IMG/VR virus record: IMGVR_UViG_3300013120_000186
Span: 1-32,684 of that record
Source of the DNA: a virus
Taxonomy: Duplodnaviria; Caudoviricetes
Direction: 5' to 3' (one strand)
DNA length: 32,684 nt
Below the pieces are notes generated by a model that was not told the origin of the DNA, searched no databases, and was given only the letters and a program-made list of their open reading frames with translations. Below, one piece after another: positions 18,006 through 27,454 of this stretch (position 1 is its first letter; each line of letters starts with the position of its first letter). Both the position numbers and the translations under genes were made by a program.

Positions 18006-18205
18006 TATTTACTCTTCTCATAAAAGATACCGTGGTCACCTTTGTAATGCTGATTGTGCTTTATTCTATTGTTCAATATTTCCTGTGGGATGCCCTCTGG
18101 GTAAGCATCGCATCTTAACAATGGTACCCTCTTGCTGTTTTGTCTGAAGTGCTTACAAGTAGAACATTGACTGACTTTCCCAATTATATCTTCTCTTTGC
18201 CTCAT
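18005..18205 (-). CDS. Small Cys/His protein, 66 aa; candidate immunity or partner of the ADP-ribosyltransferase
   Basis: ATG at 18205 overlaps the portal-ART stop (ATGA); CSTCKH...CDAYPEGIP...H. Confidence 0.7.
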   Translation of the reverse strand: MRQREDIIGKVSQCSTCKHFRQNSKRVPLLRCDAYPEGIPQEILNNRIKHNQHYKGDHGIFYEKSK

Positions 18206-21117
18206 TGCTGCACCAACCTCACTACTAACTTCAAACACGGTCTGATGTCTGTAGTCCCCATCTCTCCAATACCCCAATTTATAGTACCCATCGCAGCATC
18301 CTCCACTATCAACTGAGAACCTCTATTTAACAGCACCTCAAATTCATTGTATATATCATCCACATCATCTATTGAATACAATTTTTCCAAATGTAATCCA
18401 CGGTTAGAAGTAGATGTGCTGCGTATTTCCATAGTCACCATCCGGTCTGCGTGTGGCAAATTATATTCGCTGATAGGCATTCTGCTGAACATTTGTTCAG
18501 CAGCAAAATCTTCTCCCACACCAGCACTGGTGCTGGTGCTGACAAAAGCATCATCAACAATAATTTTCCCTTTCATATCATTCAGTATCTGGGCAATATC
18601 ATCATCGCTCACCTTTGTCCAATCTATATTCAATCCATCAATATGCTTTGTGGTACCTCCACGATACAACACAGTGTCTTTACTCAGATTGCCTGCATCA
18701 GACAGCATTGCTTCGTCCATTAAAGACACAATTTTTCTTGCCTCCTCCTCAGACAAAAATTGCATCTTGTCAGCATCCCCTCGCAAATATTTATTGATGT
18801 CATAGCCGGTATTGTTCATATAAGTTTCCAACGCTTCCAACTGTTCCGGAGGCAGCCCCATTGTCAACATCTCCGGAGGCACGCTGCGGACAGGTGCGAG
18901 TTTGCCACTGAAGTTATCCGGCAGCCTGCCGGCCAGTTCTTTGCTCTCTTGTAATGAAGTCCACTGACCGTCACCCCACGGTTCCTCGTCACTGAACACC
19001 GGTATCAGAATGCTCCGGCAGTTGAAGTGCAGAGGAGGTTCCGGCAGTTCTGGGTCATTCACGTGAAAGAACCTACCATCATACATCTGGCAAATCTCGG
19101 TGGTGCTGTCGTCCATCACCGCTGAAAACTGATACCCTTTTATGCCTCCGGTTTTCATCGCAAATGGGTCAGACAATTCATTGAATAAAGACATCCTGCC
19201 GGAGTTATATGCGGTGGCGAGATTAGTGTTTACTATCGTGGCTGCCCTCCCTGCCGGTAATGCCTCTGCTGAAAGATACTGCTGAACCTGCGACATTGCC
19301 TCACGCTCTGAAATACCTCCGGTTAAAGCACGCTCAATGCTGTAATAGATGTCATTGGCTATGTTTCCATAAGTCTCTTCCAACGCCAGATATACCCTCT
19401 GGCTCATCATCTGCTGTGCCGCTGCCGGAGTTACCAACACCGGAGTGGTGGACACCTCTGCCTTTACCGGCAGTAATTTCTGGGCATTCTCTCTGCCCTG
19501 TTCCCACCGGTTCATTAGTGAGTCCGTTAATACTTTCCGGAGTTTAGAACCTCCAGTGGTGACATTATCTTTTATGGCTTTCCGGACAGTTCCAAAATCT
19601 CGTGATTTCCACTTTCCGCTTCTGTCAAATAATCCGCTGTTTATTGCTTTCATTAGTTTAGGCAAATTCTCTTTCCAAACATCCAGCAAATTATCCTTAG
19701 CACTCTTCTCCTCTTCCAGTGCCTGTTTCTTCAATTTCCGGATGTCAGCACGCTGTCTCCCTTTGGGTGCGGCGGCTGCTATTATAGTTTGCCCATAAAC
19801 ACCGGTTTTATGCCGCTCCTGCCATCTTTGTATTGTACCCTCTATATTGGTATTCAATTCAATCTGAGCGGTGTTATATTCGCTTATATCAAAGTCCACA
19901 CCGGTGGGATATAAGAGTTTTTGAATGAGTTGCTTCTGTGTTCCCTCCGACACTTCTGTTGTAAGCAATCCGGTCTGCTTTGCTTGGGATAGAGAAGTGA
20001 GAACCGCTCCCACATCCGCATCCCTCTTGGACAACGGTTCTGGGATTAGTCTCGGCACCGGATATTCTGCAAACCCATTCCAGTCAAGCAATCTCCGGAA
20101 TAACTGCTCAGCAATGCTCTCGCAGTATGCCCAGCCGTCTGCCGCCATTGCCTCATATACTATCTTCTGGCTGACTACCTTAGAAGCATAAGAACCGGTG
20201 TGCTGACCCTCTGCGTTTATACTCTCATCGTACAGAATTGCTTTGCGTATCTCTTTGTTTGAAAGTTCTCTAATGCCGTTAATGAAATGCGTGCCGGCGG
20301 TTCCTGCCGGTATCTCCAAATCTATATCATAACTCGCAGGCAATACCACACTCGCATATTCAGACATCTCTCTCAACATAGTGAGAGTGGCGACTTTGTC
20401 CCTCTGATAATGTTCATCTGGTATCTTAGCTGAGCGGATGCCACTGGCGTTCACACTGCTGAAAACTCCATATAATCTGAATAGTATCTCTTTCAGTTTC
20501 CAAGCGTCATATGCAGAATATAGAATGCTCTCACCATATGGGTTCCACGGCTGGGAGCGGAACGGATAGTACACCACCTCATCCGGTTCAACTGTATTCA
20601 CTACTCCGGTAATGTTCTGGGTGAAGGATAATATGTTGCCCCTCGTGTCCATCTGGATACCATCCGCAAAATCGTCTGACTTACAAACTCGCAGTGCTTC
20701 CAACCCCACGACATATCCAAACCGGTCTGTGTCTATTATCCGCTGTATAGGTTCCGCAATTACCATTCCGGAGATAAGTGCCTCACGCAACATCTGACTC
20801 CGGAGAACACTCAGAAATGAGCCCCTCATCCGCTCTATAATCTCAGTGACTAAATCAGCCGCCAATTTGCCCTCCGGTGTATCATCAGCCGGTGTGATTT
20901 GATAACCTGCTACCATCGCAGTCAATCGGATATTCAAGCACGCTGATACTTCACTGTCTCGCAGCATCCCTCTGTATTCGCTTATCCCCTTAGTGCCGGA
21001 GATAGTATCAGAGGTGGAGACATCTGAAGATGGCTGACCAAAGGTGTCCACAACACCCAGTTCCGCTCTAATCTGTTTTTTGATTATTTCACGCACAAAT
21101 TGTATAGGTGTTCGCAT
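18202..21117 (-). CDS. Portal (Mu gp29/DUF935-like) - MuF head morphogenesis - ADP-ribosyltransferase fusion, about 971 aa
   Basis: Portal: MLRDSEVSACLNIR, NPYGESIL, GSYASKV. MuF: RAATIVNTNLATAYNSGR, SAVMDDSTTEIC, PPLHFNCRS. ART: YDINKYLRG, LYRG, FVSTSTS, EFEVLLNRG. GGAGGAGG RBS before MRTPIQ. Confidence 0.9.
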   Translation of the reverse strand: MRTPIQFVREIIKKQIRAELGVVDTFGQPSSDVSTSDTISGTKGISEYRGMLRDSEVSACLNIRLTAMVAGYQITPADDTPEGKLAADLVTEIIERMRGSFLSVLRSQMLREALISGMVIAEPIQRIIDTDRFGYVVGLEALRVCKSDDFADGIQMDTRGNILSFTQNITGVVNTVEPDEVVYYPFRSQPWNPYGESILYSAYDAWKLKEILFRLYGVFSSVNASGIRSAKIPDEHYQRDKVATLTMLREMSEYASVVLPASYDIDLEIPAGTAGTHFINGIRELSNKEIRKAILYDESINAEGQHTGSYASKVVSQKIVYEAMAADGWAYCESIAEQLFRRLLDWNGFAEYPVPRLIPEPLSKRDADVGAVLTSLSQAKQTGLLTTEVSEGTQKQLIQKLLYPTGVDFDISEYNTAQIELNTNIEGTIQRWQERHKTGVYGQTIIAAAAPKGRQRADIRKLKKQALEEEKSAKDNLLDVWKENLPKLMKAINSGLFDRSGKWKSRDFGTVRKAIKDNVTTGGSKLRKVLTDSLMNRWEQGRENAQKLLPVKAEVSTTPVLVTPAAAQQMMSQRVYLALEETYGNIANDIYYSIERALTGGISEREAMSQVQQYLSAEALPAGRAATIVNTNLATAYNSGRMSLFNELSDPFAMKTGGIKGYQFSAVMDDSTTEICQMYDGRFFHVNDPELPEPPLHFNCRSILIPVFSDEEPWGDGQWTSLQESKELAGRLPDNFSGKLAPVRSVPPEMLTMGLPPEQLEALETYMNNTGYDINKYLRGDADKMQFLSEEEARKIVSLMDEAMLSDAGNLSKDTVLYRGGTTKHIDGLNIDWTKVSDDDIAQILNDMKGKIIVDDAFVSTSTSAGVGEDFAAEQMFSRMPISEYNLPHADRMVTMEIRSTSTSNRGLHLEKLYSIDDVDDIYNEFEVLLNRGSQLIVEDAAMGTINWGIGEMGTTDIRPCLKLVVRLVQQ

Positions 21118-21157
21118 AGAACCTCCTCCACATACTATACACAATTATTCCCTGTCG

Positions 21158-22600
21158 TCAAGCATAGACAATATCATTGGGTGATATACGCTCCGTAGGT
21201 TCATATACAGCCATTGCTACTGCATCCGCTCTATCCGGTGACCTGCCCAGTGTTTTCTTGATTTTATCCTTAGCAACTATTTTGATTTTACCGGCTGAAT
21301 TCAGCTCCCATTGTATTGACAGCAACTCCTCTCTTAGCATTGGGTCATCCGGCAGCGTCAGAGTTCCCTCTTGGAGCCGGTCACGGAGGTTCCAATATGA
21401 CTCCGCTCTCTTGTTTAGGTATGTACTGTCCACAGCCCTCTCTGAAGCCATATACCTCTTAGCATATATGCCCTGTTCCGTCAACCGTGCATACACTCCG
21501 GCACCCACCCCAATACTATCCACAGAGACAGGAACGCTCCCAGCATTAGAAGCATTTATAACACGCCCCACTACCTCCATAAGATTAGTGCCTGTATATG
21601 TTTCAATTTTCTCTATTCCAGAACCGGTATAGAACGCCAGCACTGTTTCATCATCCCCATACTCCGCAACATCCACCCCAATATGCTTCACCACCGGCTC
21701 TTCTCCTCCGGTACTCTTCACCGCTCTTTCCAACCACGATAACTCTATCAATCTGCCCTCAGATACTCCAGCAAACTCTCCAAGGATATGCTGACGATAT
21801 ACAGCACTGTCCTCACCCCACTGCTGTTTCCTCTTCTCCAAATACCTCTCATCCATTGAACCCTCTCTGATAGCATCCTCCACTGTTATCCGCTGTACAG
21901 CCCAATCGGTGTACCCTCTCTTTCCGGAACAAATGTCATAGAACCTCCCCACCGGCATAGATGGAGTGCTGACTGCGATAAACTGCGTGGTGCCAGCGGT
22001 TCCAATACCCTCTAACGCATCCCAGATGGCTGGTGGTACTCCCTTTGCCTCATCTATCAGCACCAGTATCTCGTCAGCGTGAGCACCCTCTAATTTATTG
22101 GGGTCAGAACACGATGCTGAGAACGCTTTGCCATAATCCAACGCCAGAGATTTTAATTGAAGTTGCTTGCTATCGTATTCAGTCCCGATGATATCCCACT
22201 GGAGTTCCCTGCTCCATTTATGAACCTCTTGCCAGAGGTACTGCGTCAACTGTAGCCACGATGATGCCACGGTCAGTATTTTCCACTGCTGTCTCCTCTT
22301 CTCTCTGGTAAGAGCATACCAGTGTATCAGCCACGCCAGTGGTGCCGTCTTGCCCACCCCTCTGGGTGCGTATATTGCGACACGCTTGTTGTTGGCTACT
22401 GCCTCCAACATCCTCTCTTGATAATCACGCATTTCAACACTGGGCAGGAACCTCCGGACAAATTCCGCTGGATTAGCATACACCTCGTCAGACAGGAGTG
22501 CCCCACCATTATTCTTCACTAATCTCAAGCAGTCTGCTAACTTCTGTTTCTGATGTTCCGATAATTGAAGCAACAGCGGTGATGATTTCACGGTCAACAC
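21158..22600 (-). CDS. terL: Terminase large subunit
   Basis: RDYQ Q-motif, APRGVGKT Walker A, LIDEA Walker B, VSTP coupling motif, IGVDVA and RSPDRADA nuclease motifs. Confidence 0.96.
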   Translation of the reverse strand: MLTVKSSPLLLQLSEHQKQKLADCLRLVKNNGGALLSDEVYANPAEFVRRFLPSVEMRDYQERMLEAVANNKRVAIYAPRGVGKTAPLAWLIHWYALTREKRRQQWKILTVASSWLQLTQYLWQEVHKWSRELQWDIIGTEYDSKQLQLKSLALDYGKAFSASCSDPNKLEGAHADEILVLIDEAKGVPPAIWDALEGIGTAGTTQFIAVSTPSMPVGRFYDICSGKRGYTDWAVQRITVEDAIREGSMDERYLEKRKQQWGEDSAVYRQHILGEFAGVSEGRLIELSWLERAVKSTGGEEPVVKHIGVDVAEYGDDETVLAFYTGSGIEKIETYTGTNLMEVVGRVINASNAGSVPVSVDSIGVGAGVYARLTEQGIYAKRYMASERAVDSTYLNKRAESYWNLRDRLQEGTLTLPDDPMLREELLSIQWELNSAGKIKIVAKDKIKKTLGRSPDRADAVAMAVYEPTERISPNDIVYA

Positions 22601-23036
22601 CTCCCTCCTCTATTCTCACTGTCCTGTCCGGCATCCCTGTGGCCTGTGCCTCTATCTCCAAGCCCAACCGGAGTAAGTTCATTGCTAACTGTGGTGTAAC
22701 TTCTCCAGCATCAAATGCCTCTTTCAATCGTGCTGCAGTATGCTTTTGTAGCCACTGCCCTATGCGGAGCCGCTTCACCCAGATGTCTGCCTCTTTCTGT
22801 ACTGCTTTCTCTCTTGCCACCGTTGACACACGGTTCCGATACTCATACCTCTGTGCCACCCAATTCTTTAGCATGGAGTGTTTTCTCATAGTGGAGACAG
22901 CCGGTATTTTTTCCGGTGGTAATGACTGCGGCAATAACACCTCTCGCATATATTCAAAAGTGACCTCATCATCCCCTGTGATATACGCTTCTGCTATAAA
23001 TGCCCAGTCAAATTGTTTCTTATTATTCCTGCCCAT
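22509..23036 (-). CDS. terS: Terminase small subunit (likely start MGRNNKK at 23036)
   Basis: Immediately upstream of terL; DWAFIAEAYITG HTH-like start, NWVAQR, helical body; GAGGAG RBS. Confidence 0.75.
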   Translation of the reverse strand: MGRNNKKQFDWAFIAEAYITGDDEVTFEYMREVLLPQSLPPEKIPAVSTMRKHSMLKNWVAQRYEYRNRVSTVAREKAVQKEADIWVKRLRIGQWLQKHTAARLKEAFDAGEVTPQLAMNLLRLGLEIEAQATGMPDRTVRIEEGGVDREIITAVASIIGTSETEVSRLLEISEE

Positions 23037-24387
23037 TCTCTTCTCCTCTGCCCTCACGATACATATAGACAATATTACCATCGTCATCTATTCCGTGAAC
23101 AGATACCGGTTCACCAAAGTATCGCACCGGTGAATATCCGCTCTTGGGATTGTTCCACTGGAATTGTAGCCACTGGTCAACGCTCCTGCCACGGTGAATT
23201 GCCCTGCTCTTAGAGGTGGAGCGTGCTACATTCATCCCATTCGCATCTGGGGCATTTACCTCTCGGAATATATCAGCCGCATCACCGGATATATCAGACC
23301 AATACATCAGCGGTTCCTCACCCCTCCGGTGCCGTTGTTTTGCTATCATCAACGCTTCTGTGAATTGTCCCTTTGATACTTTCCAATCCGGAGGTACTCC
23401 ACAACAGCAGGTAAAATCTGATTTTCCCTTATGATGAGCGTCACTGCAATAGAACCTCATCCCCAGCCGGTGTGCGAGTTCCTTTATGCCGGCAATAGTA
23501 TCTGCCTTTAATGCGTAGTTTAACCGCATATAACCGTGTTGCTTGGGTGAGTGTGTGCGATAGTATTCATACATATCATACCCCATCACCCTGCTCATAG
23601 TTGTGTATCTTTCCTTGAGTTCTGGCTGTGCCCTCCCCTCTAAACAAAAATATTCCACCGTGACACTATCCGCTCCTGCTCTCTTGGCCGCAATTATGAG
23701 GTCTCTCCAGTCGTCAGACAGCCCCACAATATAAGGTCTCAACCGCAGTGTCACGTGGGCACCGGTATCTGCCAGCCGCTTGATTGCTTTCAACCGCTCC
23801 TGCGGTGAGTCAACTCTATCCTCAATGGCTCTGGCTTTGATTGGGTCAGCGGTGATGATAGATATTTTCCAGTGCCAGTTATGTGCGTGTGCCCTCACCA
23901 GTTCCATATACCTCTCGTCACGTGTCCACCATACTCCCTTTGTGGAGATTGACAGCGGATAATCGTGCTGGTCAAATATCTCTAATAACCGGAGTGAGAC
24001 ACCGTGGGTTCTTTCAAATTCGTCTAGTGGGTCAGCCATTCCACCCCACTGCAATGTTCTCCGGTTCCGGAGATAATTCAAAAACTCTTTATCTGCTTTC
24101 CGCACCCTGCCAATGTATTTTCCCTCAGACAGATACAAAAGCCGGTTCACACTTTCTGGGTTTACAGATGACACTTTATGCTCTTGATAATCGGTTCCCA
24201 TTGTTGGTGCTTTCTGAAAAAATGCGAAGCAATAAAGACAATTATATGAGCACACGGAATAAGTATCAAATGTCATCGGCATAGAGCAATCGCACACCTC
24301 ACCGCTCCATCTTGGTGAGCAGTAATTCTGGTCAATATTTTCACTGATTTTTGTTGTTTTCATTCTCTGCTTTCCGCTCTTTCCCAT
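23023..24387 (-). CDS. Radical SAM enzyme 2 (spore photoproduct lyase-like), DNA modification cassette
   Basis: DTYSVCSYNCLYC (CxxxCxxC), GGMADP, ISTKG, LRLRPYIVG, C-terminal CCCG. Confidence 0.9.
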   Translation of the reverse strand: MGKSGKQRMKTTKISENIDQNYCSPRWSGEVCDCSMPMTFDTYSVCSYNCLYCFAFFQKAPTMGTDYQEHKVSSVNPESVNRLLYLSEGKYIGRVRKADKEFLNYLRNRRTLQWGGMADPLDEFERTHGVSLRLLEIFDQHDYPLSISTKGVWWTRDERYMELVRAHAHNWHWKISIITADPIKARAIEDRVDSPQERLKAIKRLADTGAHVTLRLRPYIVGLSDDWRDLIIAAKRAGADSVTVEYFCLEGRAQPELKERYTTMSRVMGYDMYEYYRTHSPKQHGYMRLNYALKADTIAGIKELAHRLGMRFYCSDAHHKGKSDFTCCCGVPPDWKVSKGQFTEALMIAKQRHRRGEEPLMYWSDISGDAADIFREVNAPDANGMNVARSTSKSRAIHRGRSVDQWLQFQWNNPKSGYSPVRYFGEPVSVHGIDDDGNIVYMYREGRGEENGQE

Positions 24388-24562
24388 TTACCCCAGAATG
24401 CTCATAAAGCCATTTTTTATGCCCGTAGTCAATAGCAACCCCATAAGTGAAACAATTTATATTCAACCACTCATTAGATTTGCTATATGCTGTACTTCTC
24501 CAGTTTTTTTTATTTATTTTTTGAAAATCCCATAAATAAAAGGTACTTCTTGAAGTTTTCAT
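24341..24562 (-). CDS. Doubtful 73-aa ORF spanning repeat copy B
   Basis: ATGA overlap with the upstream gene supports it; AT-rich hairpin content and a non-coding paralogous copy argue against it. Confidence 0.3.
   Translation of the reverse strand: MKTSRSTFYLWDFQKINKKNWRSTAYSKSNEWLNINCFTYGVAIDYGHKKWLYEHSGVNGKERKAENENNKNQ
24389..24506. repeat. Dispersed 118-bp direct repeat, copy B
   Basis: Matches 3060-3177 in the same orientation. Confidence 0.92.
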
Positions 24563-25356
24563 TCACACTCCGGTTCATCTGGAATTGCCTGTTTTAATGC
24601 CTCATAATTCACACCGGAATAAGTGTCAATTGCCTCGTGAATATCGTGAATATCCTTGCCCACATAGTAGTGACCCTTCCAGTATGATTTGAATTTACAA
24701 AGCACAGTTTCACTCTCTTGAATATTGATATTCCTGCAGTCATCCGGAGGTGCTTTGAACAGGCAGAGTTCTCTGATGATTTCATCTGAAACTGCCTTCA
24801 CCTCCTCTGGAGTTATCGGTGCTTTCCAATCCCTGTATTTAAGAAGTGCCGCCCCTTGTTTTGGGTCACGATACATAGCCAATGAAGCAGAAGAGAAGTC
24901 AACCGGATAACCTAAACACCTCTCACCCATATCACAGATTTTCCACGCAATCCAAGTACCACACATTGGTAAACTCCGGACACGCTTGGAACACTCTTCA
25001 TACTTCTGTGTCTTAAAAATCCACCGCACTATCTCCTCCGGAGTTCCGATATGGCTAAGTGCATTCACGGTTCTTACTGCTTTGGAACCTCTGAAATGCC
25101 TCCGCTCCGCTCCTCTCTTTCCTCCGGTCTGCTTTGCTATCTCTAACATTGCTCCATAATATTCATTGGGGTCATCGTAGTCGGCAATGGCCGCTGCTAT
25201 GCCCACGTGATAATAATACCAATACGCAAGGCACCACCGTGCTTTATATTCCCACGACAGTCCGGAACCGTGGAGCATATTGTACACTGGGTCAAGGTCT
25301 CCGGTTATGATGAGACGCTTTCCAAACTCCACAGGTTTGTATTTCATTTTACGCAT
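24559..25356 (-). CDS. Amino acid:DNA transferase (aGPT-Pplase2/AADT family, HhH glycosylase-like fold)
   Basis: GDLDPVY, RWCLAYW, RGAERRHFRG, GTWIAWKICDMGER, NIQESETVLCKFKS motifs, plus neighbourhood. Confidence 0.85.
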   Translation of the reverse strand: MRKMKYKPVEFGKRLIITGDLDPVYNMLHGSGLSWEYKARWCLAYWYYYHVGIAAAIADYDDPNEYYGAMLEIAKQTGGKRGAERRHFRGSKAVRTVNALSHIGTPEEIVRWIFKTQKYEECSKRVRSLPMCGTWIAWKICDMGERCLGYPVDFSSASLAMYRDPKQGAALLKYRDWKAPITPEEVKAVSDEIIRELCLFKAPPDDCRNINIQESETVLCKFKSYWKGHYYVGKDIHDIHEAIDTYSGVNYEALKQAIPDEPECE

Positions 25357-26648
25357 TTTGTCAAATCTGCTGGTGTTAACGCATTGGCTTCACCCATTCT
25401 TTTGTTTCCGCAGAGTGCTCTGCCGTTGTTATCAACGCAATAGAGACAGCCGGCTGGGTCACATTCTAACACCGGTTGCCATCTATCTTTAGTGCTTTTG
25501 CGAGTATATACCGGAACCCTCCTGCCGTGGCACTGGTCACTCGTGGTATAGTTTGGTGCTAAACTTACTCCAGTCTTATCCGTGATGTTTCCGCTCTTAT
25601 CTCTCTCATACCTATATTCATAACACAGAGACATAGTGACATCAGCCCTCCGGCACGCCGCACTGTATCTGTTCAATGCCTGTATCCTGTACGCCTCTTT
25701 AATTGTCCGGATGTGTCCGATAGTTTCTGTAAACAGCCCCTCAAAAATCTTCCCACGCTCTGGAAACAATGCTTTCATTTTCTTCACCAGTGGCTTCACG
25801 GTTGATGATACTATTTCCACGTGTTTGAATATGAGGTGATTTGCTCCCCTCTCTGCTAACATCTGTATTAACTCCTCTATATCTTCTACAGTAACTATTC
25901 CGGCAATTATCGGGTTCACCTGCACGCTCACATATATACCGGCTCTGGAATAATCTTCCACCGCTTTCAATATATCTTCCAGCGGTGATGCGAATGGTGA
26001 TATTTTACTCCATACATCACTCCTCTGCGTGTTAATACTGAATTGCATATATGAATATGGGTTCTTGGTCAAATACTCCATAGCCCACGCCGGCGGTACT
26101 CTTCTTGACAAATAGAAGATAGGCAAACCGGCTCTGATGAATACCTGCGATAATCTCTGTGTATTATGATACACCGCTTCCAGTTCTTGAAATGGCTCCG
26201 TGAATGATGAAATATACGCTCCGGAGGCAGTTCTCATCTGCGATAATTGTTTGCGTACCTTATCCGGATATTGGGGGTCAACCACTCCAACCCCTTGACT
26301 GCGATACCCTCGCACACCATTGTTGACATAACAGAAAGCACAGCGAGTAGAACAGGTGCCGCCATATGGCTGAGTGAGCAGTGCCTCTGTATAGCACGGT
26401 CTGGGTCTCACGCCCTCCGGTTCTGTCTTTCCCTTATACCATCCTCGCAATGGAATATTCTGGTCAAGTATCACGTGGGGTGTTGGCTTCATATATACCT
26501 TCATCCGCCGCCGGTTTTCCGGTGATGCACTCTGGAGCATACCTATATCCCACCACTGATATTCCCTGCCATTCTCGTCAATACCGCCTTTATGTTTGGG
26601 CACTAATTCGTTGCCCATCGGTTCTATTTTCTTCATATCACTCTCCAA
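25344..26648 (-). CDS. Radical SAM enzyme 1, DNA modification cassette
   Basis: QPYGGTCSTRCAFC (CxxxCxxC), SSFTEPF, VQVNPIIAG; extra C-terminal Cys (CHG...CDPAGCLYC...CG). Confidence 0.9.
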   Translation of the reverse strand: MESDMKKIEPMGNELVPKHKGGIDENGREYQWWDIGMLQSASPENRRRMKVYMKPTPHVILDQNIPLRGWYKGKTEPEGVRPRPCYTEALLTQPYGGTCSTRCAFCYVNNGVRGYRSQGVGVVDPQYPDKVRKQLSQMRTASGAYISSFTEPFQELEAVYHNTQRLSQVFIRAGLPIFYLSRRVPPAWAMEYLTKNPYSYMQFSINTQRSDVWSKISPFASPLEDILKAVEDYSRAGIYVSVQVNPIIAGIVTVEDIEELIQMLAERGANHLIFKHVEIVSSTVKPLVKKMKALFPERGKIFEGLFTETIGHIRTIKEAYRIQALNRYSAACRRADVTMSLCYEYRYERDKSGNITDKTGVSLAPNYTTSDQCHGRRVPVYTRKSTKDRWQPVLECDPAGCLYCVDNNGRALCGNKRMGEANALTPADLTKCVK

Positions 26649-27453
26649 TATTCCAAAACATTATTTTTGCCCTCTCTGCTATTTTATTTTCACACAGCCA
26701 CTTCCACGCTTTCAAATCGTAGTATTCATTGCACGGAAATGGACATTCAAAATCCACCGCATCCTTGTAATTGTACTTCTCATCTATGAAAGATATTCTC
26801 AACCGCTCCGGAGGTTTCAACCCACACTGCCGGAGTATATACTGCCGTGCTGATTCTCGGCTCCGTGAATACCCCATATGAAAGATAATTCTGCCGGTGG
26901 CTTTCCGCATTGTCAAGCCACGCAGTACGCCAGCACCTATAGTGCCAGAAGATATAGACACCACCCAGATATAATCGGTGAAATACTTTAGTGGCATACG
27001 CAGCACCTCTGTACAGGTTCCTGCCACTGTCTCGGATAACTTCAATGCGTTGGGCAGCATATAACTATACCGGAACCGCTCTGCTAATATTTTTTTGGCA
27101 CGGTGATAGAGTATAGCAGAGCGGCCAGCCGGCAGCGGTATCAGAACCGCTCCCAGTTTCTCTGCTCTTTCCTGCTGTTCCTGTAGTTCCGGTGAACCCT
27201 TATACACAGGATAGAACACCACTGCTTTCCGGTTCATTTTTTGGCATACATAAGAAACACCCCAGCCGGCTTTTGAGTGAAAGGTATCCAGCACCCCAAT
27301 GTACTCCTCTTTCCTCTTCTCCAGATGAGCGGCAATACCTCGCACCTTACTGAATGATGGAGCCGGTTTTGGACAGCACATATCCTCACGCTTGACTGTT
27401 ATTCCGCTGTGTACCTCTATGGGTGTATCAGTGATGATGAAATCTGATTTCAA
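26638..27453 (-). CDS. PLP-dependent enzyme (fold type II), probable DNA-amino acid decarboxylase/lyase
   Basis: TPIE...VKREDM...SKVRG (PLP lysine), SISSGTIGAG phosphate loop, YYDLKAW, FWNIG. Confidence 0.85.
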   Translation of the reverse strand: MKSDFIITDTPIEVHSGITVKREDMCCPKPAPSFSKVRGIAAHLEKRKEEYIGVLDTFHSKAGWGVSYVCQKMNRKAVVFYPVYKGSPELQEQQERAEKLGAVLIPLPAGRSAILYHRAKKILAERFRYSYMLPNALKLSETVAGTCTEVLRMPLKYFTDYIWVVSISSGTIGAGVLRGLTMRKATGRIIFHMGYSRSRESARQYILRQCGLKPPERLRISFIDEKYNYKDAVDFECPFPCNEYYDLKAWKWLCENKIAERAKIMFWNIGE

Positions 27454-27454
27454 T

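Noticed and set aside
14294-21117. Transposable Mu-like phage
   Set aside because: Only the head and neck genes are Mu-like; there is no transposase, MuB or host-DNA ends
3060-24506. 118-bp repeat pair as a diversity-generating retroelement TR/VR
   Set aside because: Mismatches are not confined to adenines of either copy and no reverse transcriptase is present
23023-26648. Radical SAM genes as QueE/7-deazaguanine pathway or anaerobic RNR activase
   Set aside because: No queC, queD, folE, dpdA or nrdD; the proteins are long, SPL-like and flank an amino acid:DNA transferase
26638-27453. PLP enzyme as an auxiliary metabolic gene (cysteine synthase or ACC deaminase)
   Set aside because: It is embedded in the DNA modification operon, where such enzymes act on DNA-linked amino acids
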